DNA of 64,000 nucleotides from the human T2T-CHM13v2.0 reference genome, Homo sapiens. Positions 40,601 through 54,935 of this stretch are shown piece after piece (the stretch's first letter is position 1; each line of letters opens with the position of its first letter). The translations under genes and the position numbers were made by a program. The stretch lies in the NCBI RefSeq assembly GCF_009914755.1, contig NC_060933.1. One strand, written 5' to 3'. Below the pieces are notes generated by a model that saw nothing but the letters and a program-made list of their open reading frames with translations, had not been told where the DNA came from and did not search any database.

Positions 40601-41929
40601 TTAAAAAAGAGTGAATGGTAGGTCAGGGTCTTCTGTGGTGGGGTGGGTCTGGGCAGGGGTGGAGGCCCAGCCAGAGTCACTGGGGTCAGGGAGGGACTGG
40701 TGACAAGAATGCACAGCCCTGACCAGGGAAGCACCCAGGGATCCTTCCCCGTGAAGGGGGGACCTGGCCTCGCCCTGGCCTCACCCCGGCTGTGAGTTGG
40801 AACCAGCATGGAGGGAAGCCAGGCCCGGTGCACTCTGCCCAGGGGGATGTAGTTTGGCCAGTGGGGGCTGCCATCAGAGGCTGTCATTACTGTGGGGTCG
40901 CTTGTGGATGCTTTCCCTTCCGAAGCCTGGAACCTTGGGTCCCCATGCCCTCCAGCTCTGTGTCTCCTTTGTGGGCACCAGGAAGACACATTCCCTGGCC
41001 TCCTTTGCAGTGGCTGGCTGTGGAAGGAGGTGCCTGGGGTCAGGTGGGTGTAGGTGGGTACGTGGCATCACGAGGACATATTTTTGTAGAGGGAATTACA
41101 TTCTTTCTTCCAATTTTTTATTATTAAAGTTTTCCAATTGAAACCACCCACACCCCAAGCCTGGGGCCGGCCTCCCATCACTGCCTTCTTAGCCCCGGGG
41201 AAGGCCTCCTTCTTTCTGCATGGCCTCTGGGCCCATCTGAGCATTCCTCTTCCCTGATGGGAGAAACTCCTGGTGGGAGAGAAGTGGATGTGGGTGTCCA
41301 GGCGAGTCTCAAATCCCAATGGCTGACCCGGAATCCCCCCTGCACACCTCTCCTCCTGGTGCCCAGAGGGGGTGCCCACTCTGCTGCCAGGGATTTCCTG
41401 AGCAGCTGCTCCAACCACAGCCAGGGAAGAGTCCTTGCAGGAACTCTGCGGGCTGGGCCTGCCCTCCCCAGCCTTGGCATCTTCTTGTTGGTGTCTGAGT
41501 TTGAGTCTGTTCTGTGGGCTCTGTGGGATGTGGGCCCAGCTTCTCACCATGCAGGACCCCTCACCCAGAGCCTGAAACCCACTTTGACTAACATGCCTCT
41601 GGGTTCCTTCACTGGCCCTGCCCAGTCACATCCCATGGGAAGAAGGACTGGCTGCTCGGGGTTCTCAGACCCTAGCCTGGGAAAACCAGTCTGAGGTCAG
41701 GGATAACCCTTGGCCCTGCCTCTGATTGGGCCCTGAGTTAGGTGGGGTTCTTCCCTGCTGGGGGTCCTGGAGGCATGGGAGGGCTTTGGGGTTCTGTGTG
41801 AGAGAGGCCTCAGTCCCTTCAGTTCTCACAGATCCCCCAAGGCTGTGTGTCTGATCCATTGCTTTACATAAGAGAGGAATTGGAGCCAGGCAAAGCCCAG
41901 GATTAAAATGGGTGGTGGAGGGGGGAAGC

Positions 41930-42987
<1,058 letters not shown>

Positions 42988-43365
42988 ATTCTAGATAAGG
43001 AGGCATTGCTTCTTTTTTCTTCTGGTATTGAATGTCACTTTGGAGATGTCTGATGTCAAGTTGGTTTTCTTTGCTTTATAAGATACTTGGTCTTTCTGTC
43101 TGGCTGCCTAAAGGATTATTTCTTTATCTTTAAAGTCCAGTGATTTTACAAAGGCATGTTTTGTGTTGACTGTTCTGGGCCAACACACACAAGTATACAG
43201 CATGCACTTTTACAGGCAGGCGCAAGTCTGTCTGCATTTCAATAAAGAGGTCTTGAATGATAGTTTCAATCCTTGTTCAGCAGGTGCTGTGGTGCACACC
43301 TGTGGTCCCAGCTACTCAGGAGGCCAGAAGTTCAAGCCCAGCCTGGGCAACGCTAGCTTGTATGA

Positions 43366-44775
<1,410 letters not shown>

Positions 44776-45286
44776 TGTTACTGGAAAAGGGGGAGCTCTG
44801 ATCCAGACCCCAAGAGAGGTCTCTTTGATCTCACGCGAGAAAGAATTTGGAGCGAATTCACAGAGTAAAGTGAGAACAAGTTTATCAGGAAAGTAAAGGG
44901 ATGAAGAGGAACTGAGGTCTCCTCTCCTCCCTTTTGAGACCTTATAAGGTAACCTCCAGACATTGCCATGGCATCTGTAAACTGTCATGGTGCTGGTGGG
45001 GGTGTCTTTTAGCAGCAAATGCATTCTAATTGGCATATAATGATCCGTGAGGACAATCAGAGGTCACTCTCATGGCCGCCTTGGTTTTGGTGGGCTTTGG
45101 CCGGCTTCTTTACTGCAACCTGCTTTATCAGCAAGGTCTTCATGACCTGTATCTTGTGCCGACCTCCTATCTCATCCTGTGACTTAGAATGCCTAAACTC
45201 CTGGGAATGCAGCCCGGCAGGTCTCAGCCTCATTTTACCCAGCTCCTGTTCAAGATGGAGTTGCTCTGGTTCCAACGCCTCTGGCA
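44776..45286 (-). mobile_element. MER41 solo LTR (MER41B-like, internally deleted) inserted into an Alu
   Basis: rc start tgccagaggcgttggaaccagagcaactccatcttgaa; flanks ctgg/ttgg; host Alu resumes at 45287. Confidence 0.85.
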
Positions 45287-46439
45287 TTGGGATTTCAGGC
45301 GTGAGCCACTGTGCCTGGCCAGCATTGCTTTTGGAAGTGGAGAGCATGCCCATTTTTGTTACTCGTTTATTTGAATAGGATGGCTGTTCCGGCCAGGAGG
45401 TGCTGGGCCACGGCTCCTGGGAGGACCATGTGCTGCCCTGTTGGATACCTCAGCACCACTGGCTCCTGTTGGCAGCTGAGCCGGCCCACCTTGAGGTCCT
45501 GTGCATGGGTTACAGCTGGTGGTGTGTGGGTGCACAGTGATGGCGGGCCTCTGAGAGCTGGGGCGGGCCAGTGCGGCCTGACTCTGCCTGTAGGAAGCTC
45601 TAGAACAGGTCATGCTGATCTACAATGAAAAGTCGCCTCTGGAGGGGGTGCAGTGGGGACTGATGAGCACATATCTCGGGGGTGGTCAGGTTCTTATCTT
45701 GGTGGAGTCTGCCTTTGTCAACTCCCTGAGTGACACCCTTGAGATCTGTATAGCTTGCTGGGTTGAACTGTGACCCCCAAATTCATATGTTGAAGTCTTG
45801 ACCCCTGTATCTCAGAATATGCCAGGGCAGAGTCAGCAAAAAGAGGAAAGTCTCCAGCCGGTTCCCCAGCTCTGAGCCTGTACCTGCCTTGGGGCCAGGA
45901 GAGGCTGACGTGTGGGAGAAATGCGTATTTGGGTTCCTCTGCCAGAGCATGGTCCTCCGTGGAGTCGGCCTCCTGCAGAGGGGAGCAGCAGGTGCTGTTG
46001 CATGCTACCGTCTCCCCTAAGCCTCTCAGGGTCTCCTTAGGAACAGGGTGCATGTTCCCTCCCAGATGCAGCTCACCCCTACCTCTGCCCCCCACATCTC
46101 CCTCCCCCCGCCCCAGGCAGCCCCCAAGACTTTCCTTGCCCTGAACTCCCATCTGCCTCCCCGGTCTGTCCTCTGTCCCTGGCTGCTCGGGTCAGCCTGG
46201 CCTCCGGTTCTCTCCCTTTCTGTCCCTTTTGCACCCTGGCTCCCTCTCTAGGCTGCGGTGCAGTGAGGACGCTGCCCAGGGCTGGAGGCTGGTGGGAGGT
46301 TGGGTGTGATGTAAGGCTGTGTTGCTGGCTGTTCTGGGGATGCTGACAACATTAGCGTGGCTCATGTTTATCGTGGGTCTAGCTCCTCTTGTACAGACAT
46401 GGTCCTCTTCCCTTCCTCCGTGGAAGCAGAACCCTGATG

Positions 46440-46900
46440 CGTGGCGGGGCATGTAGCTGGCCGGAATGAAAACCTGCATCTCCCAGCTTCCTCCCTGACG
46501 CTAAGTGGAGCTGAGCTGCTAAGTCGTGGCCAGTGGGTTAAAGGCAGAAGTGCTGTAGGAGACTTCCAGGAAGATGGCTAAAAACAAGCTGACTCAGCTG
46601 GGACTTCTGGGAGGGGCCCTTTTCTGCCCTGTACTTTTCCAGCTTCCTTCCACCTGTCCTGTGGTCTTGATGGCTGGAGCACCAGCAGCCACCTTGGACC
46701 ATGGAGTGGCTTTGAGGCTAGACACCATGCGTGGAGGATGAGGAGCAGGACAGCCAGGATCTGGGTCCCTGAGGACATCGAGGAGCTGCCACCTCACCCT
46801 CAATCAGTCATCCCCAGATTCTCCCTTCAGAAAGAAATCAGCTTCTTTCTTGTTTATGCTTCTTTTGCTGGGATTGTCATATGCAGCGAAACCAAACTGT
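46440..46900 (+). mobile_element. Old ERVL-class LTR (LTR33-like)
   Basis: gatggctggagcaccagcagccaccttggaccatg...ctgggtccctgaggacatcg. Confidence 0.55.
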
Positions 46901-46929
46901 GGAGTCCCGATCAGCTGATAGAAATGAGG

Positions 46930-47540
46930 AAGGGGTTCCCTCCTCTGCACAACTCCATGGCACCACAGGCCCTAGCTGGCAAGAACATGAACTAGGGTGG
47001 GGGAGAGCCATTGTTCTAAGAAATGGATAACCACAAGCAGCCCGCTTGCACAATCTCCTGTTACCAAATACCTAGCTCTGCACGTTAGCTCCAGCAGCAT
47101 GACCCTGTCTGCATGGGGCCTCTCCAGCGTGACCCTGTCTGCATGGGGCCTCTCCAGCATGACCCTGTCTGCCTGTTGCCTCTCCAGCGTGACCCTGTCT
47201 GCATGTGGCCTCTCCAGCATGACCCTGTTTGCATGCCGCCTCTCCAGTGTGACCGTTTCCACATGTAGCCTCTCCAGCATGACCCTGTCTGCATGTGGCC
47301 TCTCCAGCGTGACTCTGTTTGCATGTGGCCTCTCCAGCATGACCCTGTCTGCATGTCGCCTCTCCAGTGTGACCCTATCAAACTTCCCCCTGGCCTCTGC
47401 CCCTGGGGAGGTGGCCTTCTCTCTGCCATGCTGCCTGCTGTTCTCTTGCAAGGTGTCTTCAGACTTTCTTTACCCATGACTGTCTCGGTAAATTCTTTTA
47501 CCACCCGTGACACCAGCCCCAGCCAGTTGCACCTGCAACA
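46930..47540 (+). mobile_element. MER74/MER73-like LTR hosting a VNTR
   Basis: 3' end gactgtctcggtaaattcttttaccacccg...gccccagccagttgcacctgcaaca. Confidence 0.55.
47090..47377. repeat. 30-bp VNTR, about 9.5 copies
   Basis: Unit gaccctgtctgcatgtggcctctccagc(a/g)t in exact 30-nt register from 47101. Confidence 0.97.
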
Positions 47541-49894
47541 CTGGCTGCAGTGGATTCCTTGTTGCTGATACTCCACATAACCTTGCTAGGTGTCATATAT
47601 GATCATTCTTTAACAGAGGGGCAAGCTGAGGCTCAGAGAGGTTAAGGCACTTGCTCAAGGTCACACAGCGGAGAGGTTGTGGGTAAGCCAGGCTGCTGGC
47701 TTAGAACACTGCCATGGCATTTCTCAGATCACCTCGCTCAGGGACTCCTGGCAGTTCCCCCTGCGTCATAGCGGTGAGTCTGTCCAGGACGAGCCACTCC
47801 AGGCTACCGAGGGCCAGCTGGAGGGCCTGCAGACACCTGCTGTGGAGTCAAGGTCCACACCATCAGCTGGAAGAGAGGTCTCAGGAGGGGCATTAGTGTT
47901 TGTCCTCGCTGTGATTGCACCGACTGACAAATCAGCTGTGGGACAATGGAAAACACAGCAGCAGCTTGTTACTGAGAAGGGAGGACTCAGGGTGGACCTG
48001 ACCCCTCTGCAGATGGCTTGGTGAGAACGTGGCCTGCCCTGTTGGCTCCTCCCTCTGGGTATTGGAATTGCTGGGCAGCCAGAGGCTTACCTGGGCTTAC
48101 TGGCACCCAGGGAGGAGAAGCCCTGAGCTGTGCGGCTGCTGAGGAAGGCTGTCTGCAGGGGAGAGCCCGAGCGCTGAAGGAGGCCAGTGGGCTCAGCCTG
48201 ATGTCTCCATTCTCCTTCCTACAGCAACCAGGGTGCTTTGGAAAGGGTCAATTGCCCCCCCTTACCAGGTAGGGATGCAGGAGGGAGAGCGAGCCATTCC
48301 TCTAACGTCAGTGACCATGTCTTGGTTCCAAAGCCCCTTAAGCCTTGGGTTGTCTATCAGCAAAAAGAGAAGGGATGTGCTCAGGGGGTCTTCGTGGAGA
48401 TCCTCTGCTCCCCTCGCCTTGAATGTGGAGAGGGCCCAAGACTCCCTAGGGAAGGCAGGTGATACAGACTCCAGGTGTGCCCTGCTCTCTCCTCAGCACC
48501 ACTCTGCAGCACCACAGGCAGTCTGGGGTGCAGATAACATCTCTCTGGGCACAGCTTCGCACCAGGGCATGCTGGGGGTAGAGCCACACTTGCATGGCCT
48601 GTGGATCCCTGCAGCCTGGGGATTGGGCTGCTATTCCCACTGCAGGGAGGGAGGTGGTCGGAGGTAGGGGCTGCTCCTACCTAGGTACTTCTGGCCTCAC
48701 CAGAAGAAGGGGGAGGGTTTGCACATTGAGTGGCACCTGCTCCATCTTTGTCCCTGTATTTACATCATTATTCTGAAGGCCAAGAGATTGGACCTGCCGG
48801 AGCTCCATGCACAGACCCTGGGCAGGTGCATGTGGGCTTCTGGCTTCCTGGTGTGCACAGCCCCTTCTCTCCCTTCTGGACTGTGGCAGTGTACTAGGGA
48901 CATTGTAGCCACTGTGTAAAGTCTCCCGCTTTCTGGGACAGTTTTATTCACTCATGTGTGTTGAGAGCCCGTTTTGTGCTGGGGTCCCTGGGGAGAACGC
49001 TGGGTTCACTCATAGTTCCACAACAAGGGACCTGTGGCCTTTGTTGTGGACAGGGGCCAAGAGCACGTAGAGAAGGCACTGAATACTCCTTGGCTTCCAG
49101 GGGAAAGATCAGGACTGGAAGGATGTGGGAACTGCCCAAAGCTACAGGATCTGCTGTCTCAATGGCTGAGCAGGGTGCAGAGTGCATGCAGCTGTTTGTT
49201 CTGTGGCACTGGTAACCTTGGCACTTCTCCAGGTGTGAAGGACAGCATGGGAGTGAGCCTGTGAAGTTATAGGCAGAGTCCAGGCAGCCCCAAGCCTGGG
49301 TGGGTTGTAGCTGTCAGAGTGGCAGCAGGTGGACAGAGGGGATGGGCTCGGGGGGAGGCGGGGGGACCCGCTTGAGTGGGAGTCAGCCTGGGGGCATCTC
49401 AATCCCTCTGATGCCTGGTTTGGGTCCCCAGCACTACTTAGCCCACCCCACTGAGCCTGTCTGTGCCTGGCCTGGCACTGGTGATGCAGGGACTGAGTCA
49501 GGCAGGGCCTGACCCAGAGAGCCCATGGGCAGACAGTCTTGGTGCTGCATGCCCGGGCTTAAACCAGCAAGCCTGATTCTGAATGTCCACAAGCTCTTGG
49601 CTGGTGGGGCCACAGGACTGGGACCCAAGCCTCCTAGTGACATGGCTGAGGCCATCTGTCATGGGTCCTTCTCTCAGGCCACCTGGTTCCCTGTGACTCA
49701 CTTGGTGTTGACCAGGTGCATGGATGCAGAGCTGAGCAGACAGTCCCTGTGTCCCCAGTCTGGTTGGGGGTGCAGGGGTCTGGAGCCCATGTGAGCCTGG
49801 TGAGAGCCTGGGAAGGAACCACTTTTTCCATGGCAGAGCTGAGTGCAAAGCACGCTGTTGCACTGCTCTGGTGGTGGCATTTTACTCTGTAACC

Positions 49895-50432
49895 TATTCA
49901 TCCACATACTCATGTATTTCTCCACCCACCCATTCATCTACTTATCCACCCATTCACCCATCCATCCACTTATCCATCCACCCATCTACACATCCATCCA
50001 TCCACCCACCCACCCATCCACCCACCCACCCATCCACCCGCCCATCCATATATACACCCACCCATCCATCCATACACCCACCCATCCATCACTTATTTGT
50101 TCATCTATCCATCCATTCCCCCATCTCTCCATCCACCTACTCACCCATCCATCCACCATCCATCTATCCATTCATGCATCCATCCACTCATCCATCCATC
50201 CATGCATCCATCCATCCATCCATCCATTCACCCACCCACCCATCCACCTATTGACCCATCCATCCACCCATCCATCTACCCATACTTCCACCTATCCACA
50301 TACCTGCCCATGCACCCACTCATCCATCCACCCACCCACTCACCTATCCACCCATCCACCCATCCATGCATCCATCCATCAATCCACCCACCCACCCATC
50401 CATGCATCCATCCATCCATCCACCCACCCACC
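49895..50432 (+). repeat. Degenerate (CCAT)n/(CCAC)n array
   Basis: Direct. Confidence 0.95.
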
Positions 50433-50754
50433 CGCCTCGTCCCTCCGTCTGAAGGTCTTTACAGAACAGCTGTGAAGCTGAGATGCTGGGGACCCAGTGG
50501 TTACTCAGGACAGTCATGGACACTGCCATCTAGGCTGTGCTTCCTGGCAGGCAGGGGCAGCAAACAGGACCCTTTGCAGATAGTGGTGTCTGCTGTAAAG
50601 GAGAGAAAACAGTGAGAGCAAAAGAGTTGAAGAGTTACTGGGGTCTCCTGGGACTCTTTTCCATTCTGAGTCCTGAGCCCACTGAGAAGTAAGGCATGAA
50701 GGCAGGTGCTGGAAACCCAAAACCCTTCTATCAATGCCAACCCCTCCATCAGGT

Positions 50755-51666
50755 TGTAAACCAAAGGGTATCTGAGACAGGTCTCGATAAATTTAAAACA
50801 CTTATTTTGCCAAGGTGAAGTAAGGGCCTGTGACACAGCCTCAGGAGGTTTTGACGACATGTGCCCAAGGTGGTCAGGGTACAGTTTGCTTTTATTTTTA
50901 TTTTATTTTATTTTATTGAGATAGAGTCTCACTCTGTTGCTCAGGCTGGAGTGCAGTGGTGTGATCTCGGCTCACTGCAACCTCCGTCTCCCGGGTTCAA
51001 GCAATTCTCTGCCCCAGCCTCCCCAGTACCTAGGATTATAGGCGCATGGTACCATGCATGGCTAAGTTTTTGTATTTTTAGTAGAGACGGGGTTTCACCA
51101 TCTTGGCCAGGCTGGTCTCGAGCTCCTGACCTCGTCATCCACCCACCTCGGTCTCCCAAAGTGCTGGGATTACAGGCATGAGCCACCATACTTTCTTTTA
51201 TACATTTTAGGGGGACATGAGACATCAATCAATATGTGTAAGATGTACGTTTGTTTGGTCAGGTAAGGCGGGGCAGCTTGACAACTTGCGGGGGTGGGGG
51301 ACTTCCAGGTCATAAGTAGGTAAGAGACAAACTGTTGCATTCTTTCGAGACCTTGATCGGCCTCCCACTGAAACACAATTTAGTCTGGCTCAGGGAATCT
51401 GTATTTTTATATCAACAATAGGGCAGAGGAAGCCATCAGATATGGATTTGTCTCAGGGGAGCAGAGGGATGGCTTTGGGTCCTGTCTGTCATTTGTCTAC
51501 GAGGAATTTCCTTCTGGGCAAATTTTGAGGGAGGTGGTGGCTTTTTAGTCTCTGTAGCCATCTTATTCAGGAGTGGACTGGGAGGCAGGTTTGCCTGAGC
51601 AGTACCCAGCTTGACTCTTCCCTTGGCTTGGTAATTTTGGGGCCTGAGATGGATTTTCCTTTCACA
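50755..51666 (-). mobile_element. MER4A-type solo LTR with inserted Alu (50890-51190)
   Basis: tgtaaaccaaagggtatctgagacaggtctc ... attttcctttcaca; flanks aggt/gggt. Confidence 0.85.
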
Positions 51667-52336
51667 GGGTGTAGCAGGCTTAGTGCCAGGGCCCAGGAGA
51701 CTTTTAGGCATCAGGAAAGTGGTTTAATGCCTTCTAAAATCAGAATAAACACAGTGCAGCCTGGGCTACAGTCATCTTTCTACCAACGCAGTTATGAAAC
51801 ATCATTCGTAATACTTTAGCCCAGAGGAGGGGCCCACAGAGGCTGTAATGCCAGGCTGCCCGTTATTCCCAATGGAGGCTGGTCGGAGGACGTGGCTCAG
51901 AGTGAAGGCCAAGGGGGCCTTCCCTGAACCCCAGAGTGGAGGGGCCACCTGCCCAAAGGCGCAGCCCAGGCCAGCCTCCAGGGAGCCCCCACCTGTTCAG
52001 CAGAGCAGGCCACCCCTGCAGGTGGCAGCGGAGAGTGAGCTCAGCCTGCCCTGCAGACCCCGCCTGGATTTGCCAACCCCTCCCTGCGTGGGGGTGGGTG
52101 ACAAATGGTGGGAGAGAGGCAGGGGTTGGAGAAATCAGTTTTCTCCACGTGGAAGGAGGCTCGGGAGTTGGGGAGGACACCCCCACCTTCCCTGGCCTTT
52201 TGTTGCCCTACCCAAGGGCCTCGTGGTCACACTTGTGGTGAGCTGGGGGGCCGCCCCTAGGGAGAGGAGAACTGTCGGGGTCCCCTTCATGAAGCCACTC
52301 CCAGGACTGCAGGGGGCCGTTTGGGTTTACCCCCCA

Positions 52337-53067
52337 TGAAACTGCCTTTGCAAAAATTATAACTGAGGAAATGATGACAGTGAAAGAAATCAGACCTAAC
52401 CGACTCCATATTCCTTCTAACCTTTAAGCTGTCCTTATTCATCCCTGGGCATAGGCCGAACTAACTTTGGGAAGGAATTCAGTTCATGGTTTGACTCTGA
52501 AACAAAATTGGTAACAGCCCTTTCCCGAATAGACCCCCTTCTTGCCTGAGGACCAGTCTGCCTTTGTAGGACTAACAAATTAGCTGCAAGATTAGAAATT
52601 ATGGTTTAGGGGTCTTGTGGCCTCCGGCTGTGAGAGTCTGAACCTCCCCAAATTGCTTCTGGGGATCACCTCACTATTGTAAAACCTGAGATCAGTGCTG
52701 GGGATATTCTGCAGACCCCGCACTCATGGATCAGCTGACACCACCTAGACCAGTCATCTGGCTCAACCAGTTCCGCCATCCCACCCAGGAACAGAAGACA
52801 GCAAGAAAAACTCACTTTGACCCCCTATGAATCCATCTCCAAACGGACCAACCAGCATTCCCCACTTTCTGAGCCCCTACCTGCCAAATTATCTTTAAAA
52901 ACTCTGATCCCCAAATGCTCGGGGAGACCCTTTTGAGTAATAATAAAACTCTGGTCTCCCGCACAGCTGGCTCTGCGTGAGTAACTCCTTCTCCTTTGCA
53001 ATTCCCCTGTCTTGATAAATCGGCTGTGTCTAGGCAGCCGGCGAGGTGAACACACTGGGCGGTTACA
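52337..53067 (+). mobile_element. LTR8 solo LTR
   Basis: tgaaactgcctttgcaaaaattataac ... aataataaaactctggtctcc ... gggcggttaca. Confidence 0.85.
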
Positions 53068-53163
53068 CCAGGATTAATGAAACTGACGCAAAGCTCCTTT
53101 GTGCCGAAGCTGGAACTCATGCCTCCCACCCGCCGTCCACGTGGTATCCAGCTGCACGGTCAT

Positions 53164-53478
53164 GCGGTGTCCAGCTGCATGGTCACGTGACATTGCAGCT
53201 GTGCCGTGGCGTTGGCAAGACTGTGACACACGGCGGCCCCACGCGGTGTCCACTGCACAGTCACATGACATTGCAGCACTGCCGTGGCAATGGCAAGACC
53301 TGTGACACACGGCGGCCCCACGCGGTGTCCACTGCACAGTCACGTGGCATTGCAGCTCCGCCGTGGTGACGGCAAGACTGTGACACACGGCGGCCCCACG
53401 CGGTGTCCACTGCACAGTCACGCGGCATTGCAGCTCCGCCGTGGTGACGGCAAGACTGTGACACACAGTGGCCCAAAC
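53164..53478. repeat. CpG-rich 78/79-bp VNTR, 4 copies
   Basis: Units start gcggtgtcca at about 53164, 53243, 53322 and 53400. Confidence 0.95.
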
Positions 53479-54935
53479 GTGGGGGGCTCTTCCATTCCTG
53501 TATTACTTGATCGAAGAAGTCTGTAGGTCAAACGCCCTTGCCAATTACAGTTGCTAGACTTTAAAGTGAAAATGCATTTTCTTGCCCTCACCATTTAAAA
53601 GCCAAAGCTCAGAACTTTGAGTTTTAAGTGAAAGTCCCAAATGATGGGATTCAATTTCTTTCCCCCAGGTCACAGCCAAAGGGGCTGTCATGCAGGGAGA
53701 TGAGGGGCCGCACAGGCACTCTGGGACCTGGGGCTTTCTTCCTCAGGAGGCCCAGGGGCGCGGGTGAGGTGTCGGCTGCTTTGCACCCAGGCCACGCTGC
53801 TTCCAGGGGCCTTGTGGCTGGCAGAGTGGACCTAACGTTTCCCAGACGCCGTTGCGGGGGGCTCCTGTCCTGGGGAGGGCAGATTTTCTCCTGCGTGTGG
53901 GTAACTTGTAAGGTGGCAAGGCTGCGTTCCCCGGACCCCCGTCTGCGAGGATTCTCTGAGGTCCAAGTTTCCAACGACTTTCTCTGGAAAGGTTTTGCCT
54001 TTGCTTCTCCCAGAAGCTTGGGTTGCCAGGACTCCCTCAAACTAAATTTTTGGCCTGGGGTTTTTCCAGTCATCCAGTGAGCGTGAGTTCTGGCCACACT
54101 GCCCCTGAGGTGGGCTTGTGACTGGAATTTCCTGGGGTGACCTTTTTCTGCTTTTCCGCCTGCTTCCAGAGCCAAGGCGACGCGCCCACTGTCTCCCAGC
54201 TGGGTGGGCTTCCCCAGGCCGTCTGTGGGGCCTCTTTGATCCTCCCGTGGGCAGGTCTCACGTCCCCTTTGCCTCTGGCTCCCTGTGTGCGTGGCTCACT
54301 CAAGCCAATGGGAAAACCCCGGAAACTCTACAGAGAAGTAGGTAAAATCCATGGACAGAATGTGTAGAACAAGATTACAAATGGCTCTGAAATATAGGGA
54401 AAGAGGCTCGTAGTAAAGAAATGCAAATACAAGCTATGCAGAGATGCAGTTTCTCACATATCAGACTGGCAGCGATTCAAAAGCGCGACTGCGGTGGAGG
54501 AGGCCGTGGGAAACTGGCTCCCTCAGACACTAGGAGGGAAACTGTCCACCCGAGGGAGCGGAAGGTGGCAGTAGCTAACAAAATTACACTGGCTTTGCCC
54601 CTTGACCCAGCGATTCCATTTCTAGGAATTTCCCCCGAGGTGACACCTCTGCAAACAGGGAACAGTGCATGCTTGAGGGATGCAGCACAGCCTCATTTGT
54701 CACAGCGAGACACTGGGAACGACCTGAGTGCTCATTCTCCAGGGAGGGCTGTGCAAATGGGAACAGCCACAGCGCGGGGCATCATGTGGCCGTGGGGAAC
54801 CTGGGGAGCCTAGGGGGCCTGGGGGGACTGGGGAGAACTCAGGGAGTCAGAGCACGGGAGGACAGACAGGCTGCTCAGTGTGGCAGGTGCAGCGCCGAGG
54901 GCGTCTGCAGGTGGGTGAGAAGGGGGTGTAAGGGG

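Noticed and set aside
46972-47576. Repetitive 160-aa ORFs on both strands
   Set aside because: Product of a 30-bp VNTR inside an LTR; no gene context.
53164-53478. Regularly spaced repeats as a CRISPR-like array
   Set aside because: Head-to-tail tandem units with no unique spacers, in primate DNA with no cas genes.
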